A stretch of DNA of 64,000 bases from Cyanobacteria bacterium P01_A01_bin.123. Its GTDB lineage: Bacteria; Cyanobacteriota; Cyanobacteriia; Phormidesmidales; Phormidesmidaceae. Position 1 is the stretch's first letter, and each line of letters starts with the position of its first letter. Under the pieces are notes generated by a model that saw nothing but the letters and a program-made list of their open reading frames with translations, was not told the DNA's origin and did no database searches. The translations under genes and the position numbers were made by a program. This document shows, piece after piece, positions 28,662 through 39,393 of this stretch. The stretch covers positions 172,721 through 236,720 of the forward strand of contig JBCBZT010000005.1 in the NCBI GenBank assembly GCA_039815185.1. The letters are read 5' to 3'.

Positions 28662-28742
28662 TTATTACAGCGATTGATGCTTGAAGATTGGCAAAAATCT
28701 GCCAAAAAATGACGGATTAAACTTGCGCGATCGCCTGCTGAA

Positions 28743-29168
28743 TCAACAGCACGGAAACTCCTTCTGGATTAGCGGCACACTCAAATCTTCGCCATAGGCT
28801 TCGATGCGCACCAGGTTTTGATCATCCAAGGGAACTAGGACAACTTGCCACGGTGCGTTGGGTTGATGCAGCACATACTCAACCGGGTCAGGCAAAGAGC
28901 GATCATACTCCTCGTAATCTTCTGGCATGGGGATTTGAGCCGCATTCAGAGACATCATCGTTTCTTCGACAGAGGTGGAGGGTGTCCATTGGATGTAACC
29001 ACTCTCTCCCAAGCTGCTGAGAGTAGCTTCGGCAGACCAGACTGCGTTTTCGAGGGAGATTTCTTTGCCCTTATTAGCCATTTGGACGGCAGGTTGGCTC
29101 AACTGAGCGATCAAGAAACATCCGCCCAAGATCGCAATGGAATATAGGGCAATTTGCAGCGGTTTCAT
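28743..29168 (-). CDS. Secreted/membrane-anchored hypothetical protein
   Basis: N-terminal hydrophobic helix, 141 aa. Confidence 0.65.
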   Translation of the reverse strand: MKPLQIALYSIAILGGCFLIAQLSQPAVQMANKGKEISLENAVWSAEATLSSLGESGYIQWTPSTSVEETMMSLNAAQIPMPEDYEEYDRSLPDPVEYVLHQPNAPWQVVLVPLDDQNLVRIEAYGEDLSVPLIQKEFPCC

Positions 29169-29553
29169 CTCACTAGACTTGAGTTCGATACCGCTAGAGT
29201 GCCCACATAACTAAAGCACCTCTGATCTCTGATCTTAAGGGAAACGAATAAGCTTCCCTAATACAAATGCCGGAAGGAAAAGGGGCCAGAGTAAAATTAC
29301 CAACTGCTTAGGAAAGATAGCACCTAGTCTATAGGGGATCGACAAGGAAATGATCACGACTCCGTAAACCCACACATAAAGAAAAATCATTTGGTCACAC
29401 CATTCCATCCTGCACAGAGGGCAACGATTAGGTTTTACCTATGTGTCGTATTCTAAGGAGCGATCGGGAAGAAGTTGGGAAGCACTGCGCCCAACAAAAC
29501 CCCCAGCATTAAAGCTGGAGGCTAGTCCTCGACCATGCACTTTAGTCCAGGGA

Positions 29554-30234
29554 TTACGCTGCAACTAGCGCGTCAATCAACTTAGCCTTAGACATCTTGG
29601 TAATTCCCGTCAATTTGCGCTTCTTCGCCATAGCCTTTAACTGTGTGGTGTTGAACGATTCCAAAAGACTGCGATCGCGAATCACCTCAGGCATAGGCTC
29701 AGGTGTTAGATAGAAGATCTGCTCTAGAGCCTTCAGTTTCTTGCCCGCCGTGATTTTGCATCCGAGCTTTGTGATCGGTTTTAGGCTATCCCAGTATTGC
29801 CTAGGGGCTTCATCAATGCGAGTTGTTGCAGTAACCAAGCTAACACCCTTGAGGGGACTACTCGGCTGGTTGATGAGGTAGTCCAGGGCCGAAGAAATTT
29901 CGTCTCGACTAGCCTTGGAGAGATTGGTCTTAGGTACCATCTCTCCAGCCAGGGCTCTCGCGATGGATTGAGTTTCCTCCGAATCATCCGCGATGATGCA
30001 CCAGACCTCCTTAAGCCCAGCCTCGTCTGCTACCGCATAGATGAACGAATTGCCAACTACCAAATATTCATCTTGCCCTGTCTCCTTGACGATGAGGGGA
30101 ATCCAGTTGCGCCCCTCTGGGCCAAGCAACTTTGCTGAAGCTTGAATCAAATATTCTGGTGCATCTGTGGGTTCTCCAGGCTCAATTTCATCAAATGGGA
30201 GGCACATCAGATTGCCAACGTCTGAAAAACTCAT
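29554..30234 (-). CDS. ParB-like N-terminus / Rho-N-terminal domain protein
   Basis: NWIPLIVKE...YLVVGN; C-terminal TTQLKAMAKKRKLTGITKMSKAKLIDAL; overlaps upstream stop. Confidence 0.75.
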   Translation of the reverse strand: MSFSDVGNLMCLPFDEIEPGEPTDAPEYLIQASAKLLGPEGRNWIPLIVKETGQDEYLVVGNSFIYAVADEAGLKEVWCIIADDSEETQSIARALAGEMVPKTNLSKASRDEISSALDYLINQPSSPLKGVSLVTATTRIDEAPRQYWDSLKPITKLGCKITAGKKLKALEQIFYLTPEPMPEVIRDRSLLESFNTTQLKAMAKKRKLTGITKMSKAKLIDALVAA

Positions 30235-31565
30235 TGAACAAAATACTCCTTTGCTAGGGTCAAATACTGGTCACGAGCGTTTTTAAAGGCAAAGGCCGCA
30301 GGAACATGCAGGAAGTCAGCCTTAGAGATATAGGCCATGTAGGGGATACTGATCATTCTTCCGGTGCCCCGCTGTCCTTTCCGTTGTTTTGGATAAAAGT
30401 ACGGTGTCAGATCAAAACCTTCTTTCTTCGCGTCTTTGATAATTCGCTCAATTGCACTATGCATGAGCTGCAACTGAGGGGCTGACGTCTTAAAGGCGTT
30501 GTTCATGAATATTGGCAGTGCTACTGGGCCAGCATCGCCAGACTTATTGCGCTCTTGCTGAACCTCTGGGATGAACTTGGTGATTGCCATTGCAGCATTC
30601 TGGAGAGAATGTAGATTATCGTGCCTGGCGGGAATCAAGACAACATCAGCAGCATAGATGGCGCGTTGAGAAAAAATTCGCCAATTAGGGGGAGCGTCTA
30701 TCAGGATGTAGTCGTATTCAGTCTTTATGGTCTCCAGTGCCCTGAGTAGCGCGTGAGGTTTAACTCTCTGCCGTAACTCAACTTCATCGACCTTGCTGAC
30801 CAATTCTTCATCAGCAAGAATGACATCGAATCCTCGTGGTGACTTTAGTTTGGGGTGCTCAAATTTGTAGGGCTTAATCACCTCTCTAACGTCAGCGTTC
30901 TTGTCCTCCAAAACACTTCGCATTCCTCCCTGGATCGGAGGGAGATTTAGTGCATCCCCCAAGTCGCTTTGGTTCGGATCGAAGTCAATAACTAATACCC
31001 GATTCTTGAGCATTGATAGTGTTGCTGCAAGATTCAGGGTTGTTGTGGTCTTCCCTACGCCGCCTTTGTTGTTATAAACAGCGATGACCAGAGATTTTCT
31101 GGGGGCTTCGATGCGCCCTTTAAACTCTTTGACCAGTTGCTTGACATTGTCAAAGGATAAACAAGGGGTTACTGGATGCACTACCTTGCCGTGCTTACAG
31201 AAGAGTTGAGCATTGATCGAATTCATGACTATGCCCCATTGAACAGATTTTGAGGCGGGGTCTAAAAGGTATTGCTTCAGTTGCAGAACAGCCTTGTTGT
31301 AGTGTGGGTGACCTTCTGTCAGGTTTTTAGTTCTGCCCTTAACCTCCATGTAAAGATATGGGTCTTTTTTCGTTTCCAAGAAGATGTCTTCAGGGGTGTT
31401 TTTTCGTGCGGCCCAATCCACAGCACCTTTGCTAACTGGGAATTGAGGGTAAATCCCTAGGCCTTCATAGCCTAGAGCCTCTAAGAATTTTTTAGAGAAC
31501 TGATGCTCAACAACAGCTTCATCAGCATCAGAAGGAATGCTTTGCAGGATGCTTTCCAAATCCAT
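30231..31565 (-). CDS. HsdR-N/PD-(D/E)xK-like domain fused to ParA/MinD ATPase
   Basis: VD...YMEVK...QLKQYL...WGIVMN; NNKGGVGKTT, DFDPNQ, YDYILIDAPP. Confidence 0.85.
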   Translation of the reverse strand: MDLESILQSIPSDADEAVVEHQFSKKFLEALGYEGLGIYPQFPVSKGAVDWAARKNTPEDIFLETKKDPYLYMEVKGRTKNLTEGHPHYNKAVLQLKQYLLDPASKSVQWGIVMNSINAQLFCKHGKVVHPVTPCLSFDNVKQLVKEFKGRIEAPRKSLVIAVYNNKGGVGKTTTTLNLAATLSMLKNRVLVIDFDPNQSDLGDALNLPPIQGGMRSVLEDKNADVREVIKPYKFEHPKLKSPRGFDVILADEELVSKVDEVELRQRVKPHALLRALETIKTEYDYILIDAPPNWRIFSQRAIYAADVVLIPARHDNLHSLQNAAMAITKFIPEVQQERNKSGDAGPVALPIFMNNAFKTSAPQLQLMHSAIERIIKDAKKEGFDLTPYFYPKQRKGQRGTGRMISIPYMAYISKADFLHVPAAFAFKNARDQYLTLAKEYFVQ

Positions 31566-32091
31566 AGGATATACGGGAGTGAGGACTATCTCTATAACTC
31601 CCAGTGGAACTACGAAGGTATCAGGAACTTTATGAATTTACAGCCAAGATGCTGAGGTATTTCTTGGGTTAATTATTGACATCAACCTATGGCAATTTTG
31701 CTATCACTAGAGAGACATAATCCTATGTTCAGAGAATAGGGTATGGAAGGCAGGGTTTATCCCCTATTCTCCAAAGCCACTGATAGGAGTCCTTGGGGTT
31801 AAGGTCACGCGGGTTGAGCATCGACCTCTAATTAATAACCCCCGATGCACTGGGCATCGGGGGCGATTTAGTTATAAAGAGCTTTATAGTGAGCTTTATA
31901 TTGGTCGCAAGTGTTCAGCGCACTTGATGTTTCCAGGATGGCTCAGATGCAAAGACAGAGAAAGCGGTTCTCGGATAAGTTTACAGAAAATAGGTAAAAT
32001 CCCGGATAACGTGAATTTTAAGCTAAGTGTAATCGCTAGTACCTAACTCATGTTGTCCTACCCTTCCCATCCTGGCATGAAACCGCTTTGG

Positions 32092-32200
32092 CTATTGGGC
32101 AGTGCCCTCACCGTCGATCGCAAAATAGATTGTGGGTTGCCTAGGGAATTCTGAGCAGGCTTTTGGGGAAGTCAAAGGAGAGGATCGAGTTGGATTACGG
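32092..32200 (-). pseudogene. Degenerate GIY-YIG 5' remnant
   Basis: SEFPRQPTIYFAIDGEGTAQ* matches SAFPRQPAIYFAIDPEETVQY of 10631-11221. Confidence 0.7.
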
Positions 32201-32215
32201 ATAGAAGCGACTTGC

Positions 32216-32569
32216 TTAGCCAAAGGTGCGACTGTTCCAGCCCCACATTGCCCCTTGGGCATCAGCAAATTCAATGTAGGTGCGGTTTTCGGCAACGCCG
32301 AGGGCCTGGTTCACTTTTTGGCAAAAGTCTTGGCTCATGGCTTGAGTTTTGGCTGACCCCATAGTGCCTACACTTTTGATTTCGATGAAGCACGTGGGGT
32401 CAGTAGTGCCGCCGAAGGTCATGGGCACATCAGCCTCAAAAGCAGTCATCACGTAGGATTCAGGCTTGCCAAGGTGCTTGGCTAAACTGGCGGATAGGGT
32501 TTTGAGCATCGCCTCAACCTGGGGCTTCTCGGGAGCGGCAACGGAAGTTTGGACTTTGATTAGGGGCAT
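32216..32569 (-). CDS. MIF / phenylpyruvate tautomerase family protein
   Basis: (M)PLIKVQTS, LGKPESYVM, IKSVG, WGWNSRTFG. Confidence 0.93.
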   Translation of the reverse strand: MPLIKVQTSVAAPEKPQVEAMLKTLSASLAKHLGKPESYVMTAFEADVPMTFGGTTDPTCFIEIKSVGTMGSAKTQAMSQDFCQKVNQALGVAENRTYIEFADAQGAMWGWNSRTFG

Positions 32570-32812
32570 CGTGAAACAAAACCATAGCAGGGCAGATTGA
32601 TTTTAAACTCAGGCTTATCCCTTGTCCAAGTCCAAACCTGGAGTTTTGTCTGTAGGGAAACTTTAGATCCCGAGCTGAGCTTGGTTTAGCTTATTTCGAT
32701 AACATCGCAAATCCCTATCGATCAGGTCGATTGAAGACTTTGTTAAACTGACGATCACAATAGTAATCAAATTAGTCTTTCACTTGATTTACTGTCACTG
32801 CTGCAATCCCCT

Positions 32813-34162
32813 ATGACTGCTTCTTCAACTGCCTCTTCTGCGGCGTCAGCCACCGCCCAATCGGATACTGAACTAGATAACTTGACGGCGATCGCCCAAC
32901 GCACCCAACAAGCGGCTCGTCATCTAGCTACCCTATCCAGTGCGGCCAAAAATATCGCGATCGCGGCCATTGCCGAATCTCTAGAGGCGGCTACCCCCGA
33001 CATCTTGGCGGCCAATCAAGCAGACTGTGAGGCGGCTCTGGCAGATAACCTAGCCAAGCCCCTGTATGGGCGGTTAAAGCTGGATGCAGTCAAGCTCAAG
33101 GGGGCGATCGCTGGGGTTCAAGACGTGGCCCAACTACCCGACCCGGCAGGCACCGTGCAGATTCATCGAGAGCTCGATACTGGCTTAGAACTCAAACGCA
33201 TTGCCTGTCCGCTAGGAGTATTGGGGGTAATTTTTGAATCTCGCCCTGATGCCGTCATGCAGATTTCTGCGTTGGCCGTAAAGTCAGGTAACGGCGTCAT
33301 CCTTAAAGGCGGTAAAGAAGCCGTGCGTTCTTGTCAGGCGTTGGTGACTGCGATTAAACAGGGGTTGAACAATGCTGGGGTTAACCCAGACGTGGTGCAG
33401 CTACTGACCACGCGAGAAGAAACGCGGGCACTGCTAGCGCTAGAGACCTATGTGGATTTGATTATTCCCCGGGGCTCTAATGCCTTCGTACGGTACGTCC
33501 AAGAAAACACCACCATTCCCGTGCTGGGCCATGCCGACGGTGTTTGTCATCTTTACATCGATCAGGCTGCTGATGTCGAAAAGGCCGTGGCCATTGCCCT
33601 CGATGCTAAAACCGACTATCCCTCGGCCTGCAATACGATTGAAACCCTGCTGGTTCACCGGGCGATCGCGGCTCAGGTCTTACCCCGAGTTACCTTTGTC
33701 TTACAGTCTCATGGGGTTGAATTGCGTGGAGACGCAGCAACACGCCAAATTTTGCCTGAGATTGACGCCGCTACCATCACCGATTGGTCAACGGAATACA
33801 GCGACTTGATCTTGTCTATTCGCGTGGTGGACAACTTGGAGCAAGCCATCGACCACATCAACACCTACGGGTCGCGCCACACTGACGCCATTGTCACTGA
33901 AGATGACGCTGCTGCAACCACGTTTATTGCCCAGGTAGATGCGGCTGGAGTGTTCCACAATTGCTCTACTCGCTTTGCCGACGGCTTCCGCTATGGCTTT
34001 GGTGCCGAAGTCGGCATCAGCACCCAAAAAATGCCGCCCCGTGGCCCAGTCGGCTTAGAAGGATTGGTCACTTACAAGTATCAACTGGTGGGTAACGGCC
34101 ACATCGCGGCTACCTATTCAGGGCAAGACGCCAAACCCTTTACCCACCGTGATTTAATCTAG
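32813..34162 (+). CDS. proA: Gamma-glutamyl phosphate reductase
   Basis: [53 protein letters not shown]. Confidence 0.97.
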   Translation: MTASSTASSAASATAQSDTELDNLTAIAQRTQQAARHLATLSSAAKNIAIAAIAESLEAATPDILAANQADCEAALADNLAKPLYGRLKLDAVKLKGAIAGVQDVAQLPDPAGTVQIHRELDTGLELKRIACPLGVLGVIFESRPDAVMQISALAVKSGNGVILKGGKEAVRSCQALVTAIKQGLNNAGVNPDVVQLLTTREETRALLALETYVDLIIPRGSNAFVRYVQENTTIPVLGHADGVCHLYIDQAADVEKAVAIALDAKTDYPSACNTIETLLVHRAIAAQVLPRVTFVLQSHGVELRGDAATRQILPEIDAATITDWSTEYSDLILSIRVVDNLEQAIDHINTYGSRHTDAIVTEDDAAATTFIAQVDAAGVFHNCSTRFADGFRYGFGAEVGISTQKMPPRGPVGLEGLVTYKYQLVGNGHIAATYSGQDAKPFTHRDLI

Positions 34163-34201
34163 GGATAGGTTCCTAAGTTTTCTCCCACCAATCCAATCTC
34201 T

Positions 34202-34717
34202 ATGTCATTTATCATTGCTGGTCTGCTTGCAATCGCGCTGTTGATTATGCCAGGACTTACACCTGCTGCGATCGCATCTCCTGCCCCCAACCTCGTAGCC
34301 GTTTTACCCGGCCTTAAAGGGGTCTTTACCGGCACCTCCCCAGGTCTAGGGATTACCGATGGTAAGCTATCTGCCTGTCCTGCAACGCCTAATTGTGTTG
34401 TTAGCCAGGGGGCTGATGCCGATCATGCAATTGAACCGATTACTTACGAGGGCGATCGCGACGAAGTTCGCGAATTATTGCTCAAAGTGCTCAGCGTCGT
34501 CCCCCGCACTGAAATCGTCACCGAAACCGACGACTATATTCGTGTTATCTCTACCAGCCGTCTGATGGGATTTGTCGACGACACCGAGTTTTACCTGCCT
34601 GAAGATGAATCCGTCATTCATCTCAGAGCCGCTGCCCGCTTAGGCGAATCCGACCTCGGCGTTAATCGTCGTCGCCTAGAGCAAATTCGCTTTGCACTCA
34701 AAGATCTAGGGGTTTAA
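34202..34717 (+). CDS. DUF1499 family protein
   Basis: LSACPATPNCVVSQ, GFVDDTEF, RLGESDLGVNRRR. Confidence 0.92.
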   Translation: MSFIIAGLLAIALLIMPGLTPAAIASPAPNLVAVLPGLKGVFTGTSPGLGITDGKLSACPATPNCVVSQGADADHAIEPITYEGDRDEVRELLLKVLSVVPRTEIVTETDDYIRVISTSRLMGFVDDTEFYLPEDESVIHLRAAARLGESDLGVNRRRLEQIRFALKDLGV

Positions 34718-34777
34718 TCGAGATAGTTCAAAGGCTTTGGCATAGTCTCTCTAACAGGATGAATGAGATACCATTGA

Positions 34778-36229
34778 TCAAAGGTCTTGACCAATCATAA
34801 TCTTGGCGCGCAATTCACCCTTGATGCGGTTCAAAATTGAGTCTTCATCGAGGGAATCTAGCACCTGGTTCACCACTGCTTTTGGCCCTTCTGGCCCCCA
34901 GGTTGCCCCTTGAGCTAAATAGGTTTTAGTCACTTGGCCAATGGCATAGGTCGCTACCCCTGCAACAGCTGCCTGGGTAATCGCCACTGACACATAAGAC
35001 GGTAATGCTAGTCCTCCTGTGGCCACTGTGGTGCCGCCGAGTAGGCCTTTGAGCGAACTCAGCCCAAAACTAACGAGCAGATCACTGGCAGTGAGCCCTC
35101 CCATACCCAAAGCAATGGTTTTAAGCAGGTTTATGGCTCCTGGTTGGGTCATTTCGATGCCGTATAACCGCGATAGGGTGACAATCAGCGTGACATCTAC
35201 TGCTGCGCCACCCAGCAAATCCAGGGCGGTAATCGGATTAAGGGCTACCGCGATCGCTTTGGCCATTACTCCCGTCCAGAGGGCATCATCGGCGGCGCGA
35301 TCGCGAATTTGTAGCTTTCTCGCGACGATTTGCTCGTTGATCTCATCGGCATAGAGCAGGGTATTCAGTAGCACCAATGCTTTGCCTTCCCGGTGTAGTA
35401 CCTCCAAAATCTTGAGTTTTAGCTTGGCAACTTGAGGTTGCCCCCGATTGACCTGGCGCATGAGGGAGCCATTAACGTGCTTTTTGGCTTGCACAACCAG
35501 GGGCGCTGCCGCCGTCATGACAATCTCATCTGGGGAAATCAAATCCTTTAACCGATCGTCCTGTAGCTTTTGATAGATCGCCTGACGATCGGTTTCAGGG
35601 TATTGATCGATTTTGTTGAGTACGAGTAGTATCGGTTTACTGGCTTGGCGCAACTGTTGTAGAGCTTCATACTCAACCTGGGTCATATCCCCAGCGATGA
35701 TGAACAAAATTAAATCCACCTGTTGGGCAATGCGCTTGGCCAAAATTTCTCGAGCTTCGCCCCCCACTTCATCAATCCCAGGGGTGTCTATCAGTTCTAT
35801 TTGCGAGTTGCCTAAGCCACCGAGAGAAACCCGCAAAACGTCTTGCTCTGGTTCTGTGTTTGCGGTTAAGGTTTCGCGACTCACTTCCCAGGGCACACTT
35901 TCGATCTGTTGCGTGACGCCATGAATTGCCCCAGTTTCAAATACGGGATAACCGACTAGGGCATTTAATAGTGACGATTTGCCCCGCCCCACCAGTCCAA
36001 AGGCCGCAATGTGAATGACCGACTGCTCTAGTTTTTGCAATAAGCCGCTGAGACTCTGCAATTCTTGTTCTAGGCCTGTTCGTTCGCGATCGCTCAAATC
36101 TAGCCGTTCAATTAGACGACGCAGCGTTGTTTGGGCTTGCTGATACTGAACCTCACGCTGAATATCGTCAAATTCTCCGATCGCGTTGGTCAGGTCTTGT
36201 TGAAAATCCACATTGGCCCCTTGTTCCAC
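34778..36229 (-). CDS. Era-like GTP-binding protein with DUF697-type C-terminus
   Basis: GLVGRGKSS, DTPG, NKID; hydrophobic C-terminal domain. Confidence 0.9.
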   Translation of the reverse strand: MEQGANVDFQQDLTNAIGEFDDIQREVQYQQAQTTLRRLIERLDLSDRERTGLEQELQSLSGLLQKLEQSVIHIAAFGLVGRGKSSLLNALVGYPVFETGAIHGVTQQIESVPWEVSRETLTANTEPEQDVLRVSLGGLGNSQIELIDTPGIDEVGGEAREILAKRIAQQVDLILFIIAGDMTQVEYEALQQLRQASKPILLVLNKIDQYPETDRQAIYQKLQDDRLKDLISPDEIVMTAAAPLVVQAKKHVNGSLMRQVNRGQPQVAKLKLKILEVLHREGKALVLLNTLLYADEINEQIVARKLQIRDRAADDALWTGVMAKAIAVALNPITALDLLGGAAVDVTLIVTLSRLYGIEMTQPGAINLLKTIALGMGGLTASDLLVSFGLSSLKGLLGGTTVATGGLALPSYVSVAITQAAVAGVATYAIGQVTKTYLAQGATWGPEGPKAVVNQVLDSLDEDSILNRIKGELRAKIMIGQDL

Positions 36230-37465
36230 TGCTCTATCAGTAGCGCTCTACATCAGATATCAGTTTGCTGATCGCCAATAACGACCCCAGCGCCTAATTC
36301 TAAGGTACTCAAAAAACTGAGCTTTGCTGATTTCTTAGAGCTTATCTATATTGTCTATGAGACCTTGCGGGACTGAAGCAGTACCGAGTCTAAAAAGCTA
36401 CGCCAGCAACAATGCGCCTCTAGGAGAGACTAAGCCTTTCAATCTCTAAGGCATTGCTAACTATTCGACACGTATCATTTCCTACCTGTGGCTTTCGACT
36501 GCTATCACCATCAGTCGTTGATGAGTTACCTTCCCCAAACATACCGACTAAAGCACCTAAAAAAGCCAACACTATTAGTGTGAATATAATATCTTTGAAA
36601 GCCACAATCTCTTCAAACCTTTAGAAATTCCTGTTGGAACTGATCTAACTCTTCTTATTGCTAGAGGCAATAAAAATAGATGCTTGAAACCCCAGAAACA
36701 ATATTCAAAAGCTATAGGATTGTTACACTATCGATTTAATCCCGCACATTAAAAAGTCGAAATCAGCTCTATTCCTTAGAAAAGCTTTGAATTAAGTTAA
36801 CCCTATAAATTTCAAAAAGCTTTTTGAAATTTTCAGATAACCAATTAAATTTAACCTGTGATCGGCATTTTTATTGACTGAAATTGCCATTGACAAAGAA
36901 CACAAACGCTGTCAAAATATTATGAATAGTGATTGAAAATCCTGTTCATGATGCTAAGGCTAAGGTAACTTCCGACTCATGCGATTAGAGAATTCCGCTT
37001 AGTCTTACAATCATAGATAGTGGTTCTCCGGGAAATCTACTTCCTGTTGTGGAGAAAAGAATGGGATCTAAGTATTTTTGCTTACTTCACTTGGTATAAA
37101 AAATTAATATCCCTGGTATTGAGCCCGCTGTCAGCCTTTTGACCTCGGGAGGGAAAATTGACTGCGTCTTATTCCTTTGACGCCATGAGGAGTGTGGGAC
37201 AAAAAACTTTTGCCTCTGGTTCAGATCTTTGTCTCCGCACCCATAGGGGTGAAAGCGACTGCAGGCATAAAACCAATATCAAAGGTACGGGATTATCTCC
37301 AAGCTGGTGGGGGGTAATCCGTTATATGGGACGGTCAAGAAACGGTTTAATCTAAATGCAAGCAAGTTGATGTCACCTTAGCCATTTGTCTGAAATAGGC
37401 CTGCCCAAAGGTGTAGCGACAACAGCAGAATGAGACAATATTTCTGATGCCTGGAGTGGGTCTAG

Positions 37466-37912
37466 ATGGAGTTTAAGACAAAGACACAGCAAATCTGCTA
37501 CGACCGTATTACGCCTTGGATGCATGATTTGTTCGGGGGAGCTGTGGTGACCTTTGAAGATGAGCCGCTGTTTATCGTCAATTTCGGCTCAGCAGTGGCG
37601 TCGACCCGTGTAGTGGCTTGGAGTGAAGACGAAGCACTGATTACCACCCGTTCCTATGTGGTGACTGATGTTGAGATTACGCCAGACCTTACTTATTACA
37701 TGCTGCGAGAAAATAACGGTATTTATTTCGGACGGTTCGCCCTTGATAGCGAAAACGATATTGTGTTCGAGCATAGTCTAGTGGGGTCAACCTGCGATCA
37801 GATTGAGCTAAAGCACTCCGTGATGACCGTGATTCAGTTGGCTGATGACTATGATGACGAAATTGTGGCTCGCTGGGGCGGTAAACGCGCGCTCGATCGC
37901 TGGTCATCTTAA
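37466..37912 (+). CDS. YbjN / T3SS-chaperone-like protein
   Basis: LRENNGIYFGRFALD...ADDYDDEIVARWGGKRA. Confidence 0.85.
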   Translation: MEFKTKTQQICYDRITPWMHDLFGGAVVTFEDEPLFIVNFGSAVASTRVVAWSEDEALITTRSYVVTDVEITPDLTYYMLRENNGIYFGRFALDSENDIVFEHSLVGSTCDQIELKHSVMTVIQLADDYDDEIVARWGGKRALDRWSS

Positions 37913-38043
37913 GCTCAAAGCATTAAGTCTAGATGGCATTGATTCAGTGTATTTGCATTGATCAATCTATCTGCGTAGAAAATTGATCGTTTAACTTTGT
38001 AAACCTGAGCTAAATTTCTAAAAGCAGCAAAATTAGGTGGTCT

Positions 38044-38895
38044 ATGGGACGGCAATTGTGGATATGGGTCAGCAGCATCCTTGTCTTTTGTATGGTGGCC
38101 TTTGGTATTGTTCAATCCCCTGGGTTTAATCGACTCAAACCTGTTGAAAGTGTCACTGGATTACCACTGCTGGAGCAATCTACAGAAGCTGCCCTTGTCC
38201 CCGCAGCAGCTAATGATACGGAGTCAACCCAAGATTTGATTCCGGCAACGGCACCGACGTTGGCCCAGAGTGCTCCTAACTATCAGCCCCTAGAAGAAAT
38301 TGCCTTGGCCCATCCGACTAACTACGGCGATCGCTACGCCACAGACATCAATGGCCGCCCCGTTTTTAACCGCTTCATTGTCGTTATCCATGAAACCGTG
38401 GGGTCTGCCCGCAGCGCCATTAATCTGTTTCAAACCCCCCATCCGAATGATGCCGATCAGGTGAGTTATCACACCCTAATTGCACAGGACGGTACTGTGA
38501 TTTACATCGTGCCGCCAGAGAATCGAGCCTATGGTGCCGGTAATTCTGTCTTCGACGGCCCAGATGGCTTAGAGACTGTCGCCACCCATCCCACCCTGCC
38601 CCCCTCGGTCAATAATTTTGCTTATCACGTGTCTTTAGAGTCACCTGCCGATGGTCGGGGTCGGGGTAGCACTCACAGTGGCTACACCCAGGCCCAGTAC
38701 GAATCCTTGGCCTGGCTGCTGGCCCGTACTGATATTCCCGATAATCGGATCACGACCCATCGATCGGTCGATCGCTCCGGTTCTCGTATCGATCCGCGCA
38801 GCTTTGATCCTAATCGCTTTTTAAGTCTGCTCCATCGCTATCCCATGCGGACGGCAGCAACAGATGCGATTGCGATGGAGGAAGTCAGAAGTTAA
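38044..38895 (+). CDS. N-acetylmuramoyl-L-alanine amidase (Amidase_2)
   Basis: VIHET, SYHTLI, RAYGAG, ITTHRSVD...DP. Confidence 0.9.
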   Translation: MGRQLWIWVSSILVFCMVAFGIVQSPGFNRLKPVESVTGLPLLEQSTEAALVPAAANDTESTQDLIPATAPTLAQSAPNYQPLEEIALAHPTNYGDRYATDINGRPVFNRFIVVIHETVGSARSAINLFQTPHPNDADQVSYHTLIAQDGTVIYIVPPENRAYGAGNSVFDGPDGLETVATHPTLPPSVNNFAYHVSLESPADGRGRGSTHSGYTQAQYESLAWLLARTDIPDNRITTHRSVDRSGSRIDPRSFDPNRFLSLLHRYPMRTAATDAIAMEEVRS

Positions 38896-38913
38896 GGCGA
38901 GCTCTCTAACAAA

Positions 38914-39309
38914 CTATTTCCTGAGCCAAATCAGCAGTGCAAAAATAGCAAGTAGGACTGCTTCTGTGCCCAGTAAACTGTTCAAAGTTTGAGCATCTCT
39001 GGGTTGAAGGACAAACTGCGATCGCAGCAAGGTGTAGGGCATAAATTGGAGTAGTGCAATTCCACTAAAGACAGCCCACACTGACCACGCTAAGCCGCGC
39101 CATAACGCGATCGCGGCCACAACATCAAATATCAGCAGCAACACGTCCATGGCCTGCCAAAGCAATGGGGTTGATAACCAAGGCGTTCCGGTTAACCCCG
39201 CTATATTGCCGATATGGACGGTAGCCCCATATAAGAGAACGACTGCCATCAATTTGGCGTAAATTGCTGTCCACGGTTGTTGGAGTGCGGAACCAATAAG
39301 GTTGTTCAT
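38914..39309 (-). CDS. Four-TM membrane protein
   Basis: Hydrophobic 131 aa, downstream of the oxidoreductase. Confidence 0.75.
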   Translation of the reverse strand: MNNLIGSALQQPWTAIYAKLMAVVLLYGATVHIGNIAGLTGTPWLSTPLLWQAMDVLLLIFDVVAAIALWRGLAWSVWAVFSGIALLQFMPYTLLRSQFVLQPRDAQTLNSLLGTEAVLLAIFALLIWLRK

Positions 39310-39393
39310 GGGTTTCTGTCCGTTTAGGCAGTTGTACTTGAGAGTACCTGTTGCAGCCGCACCGGATTATCCGTGATGAAATAGATGGCTCAA

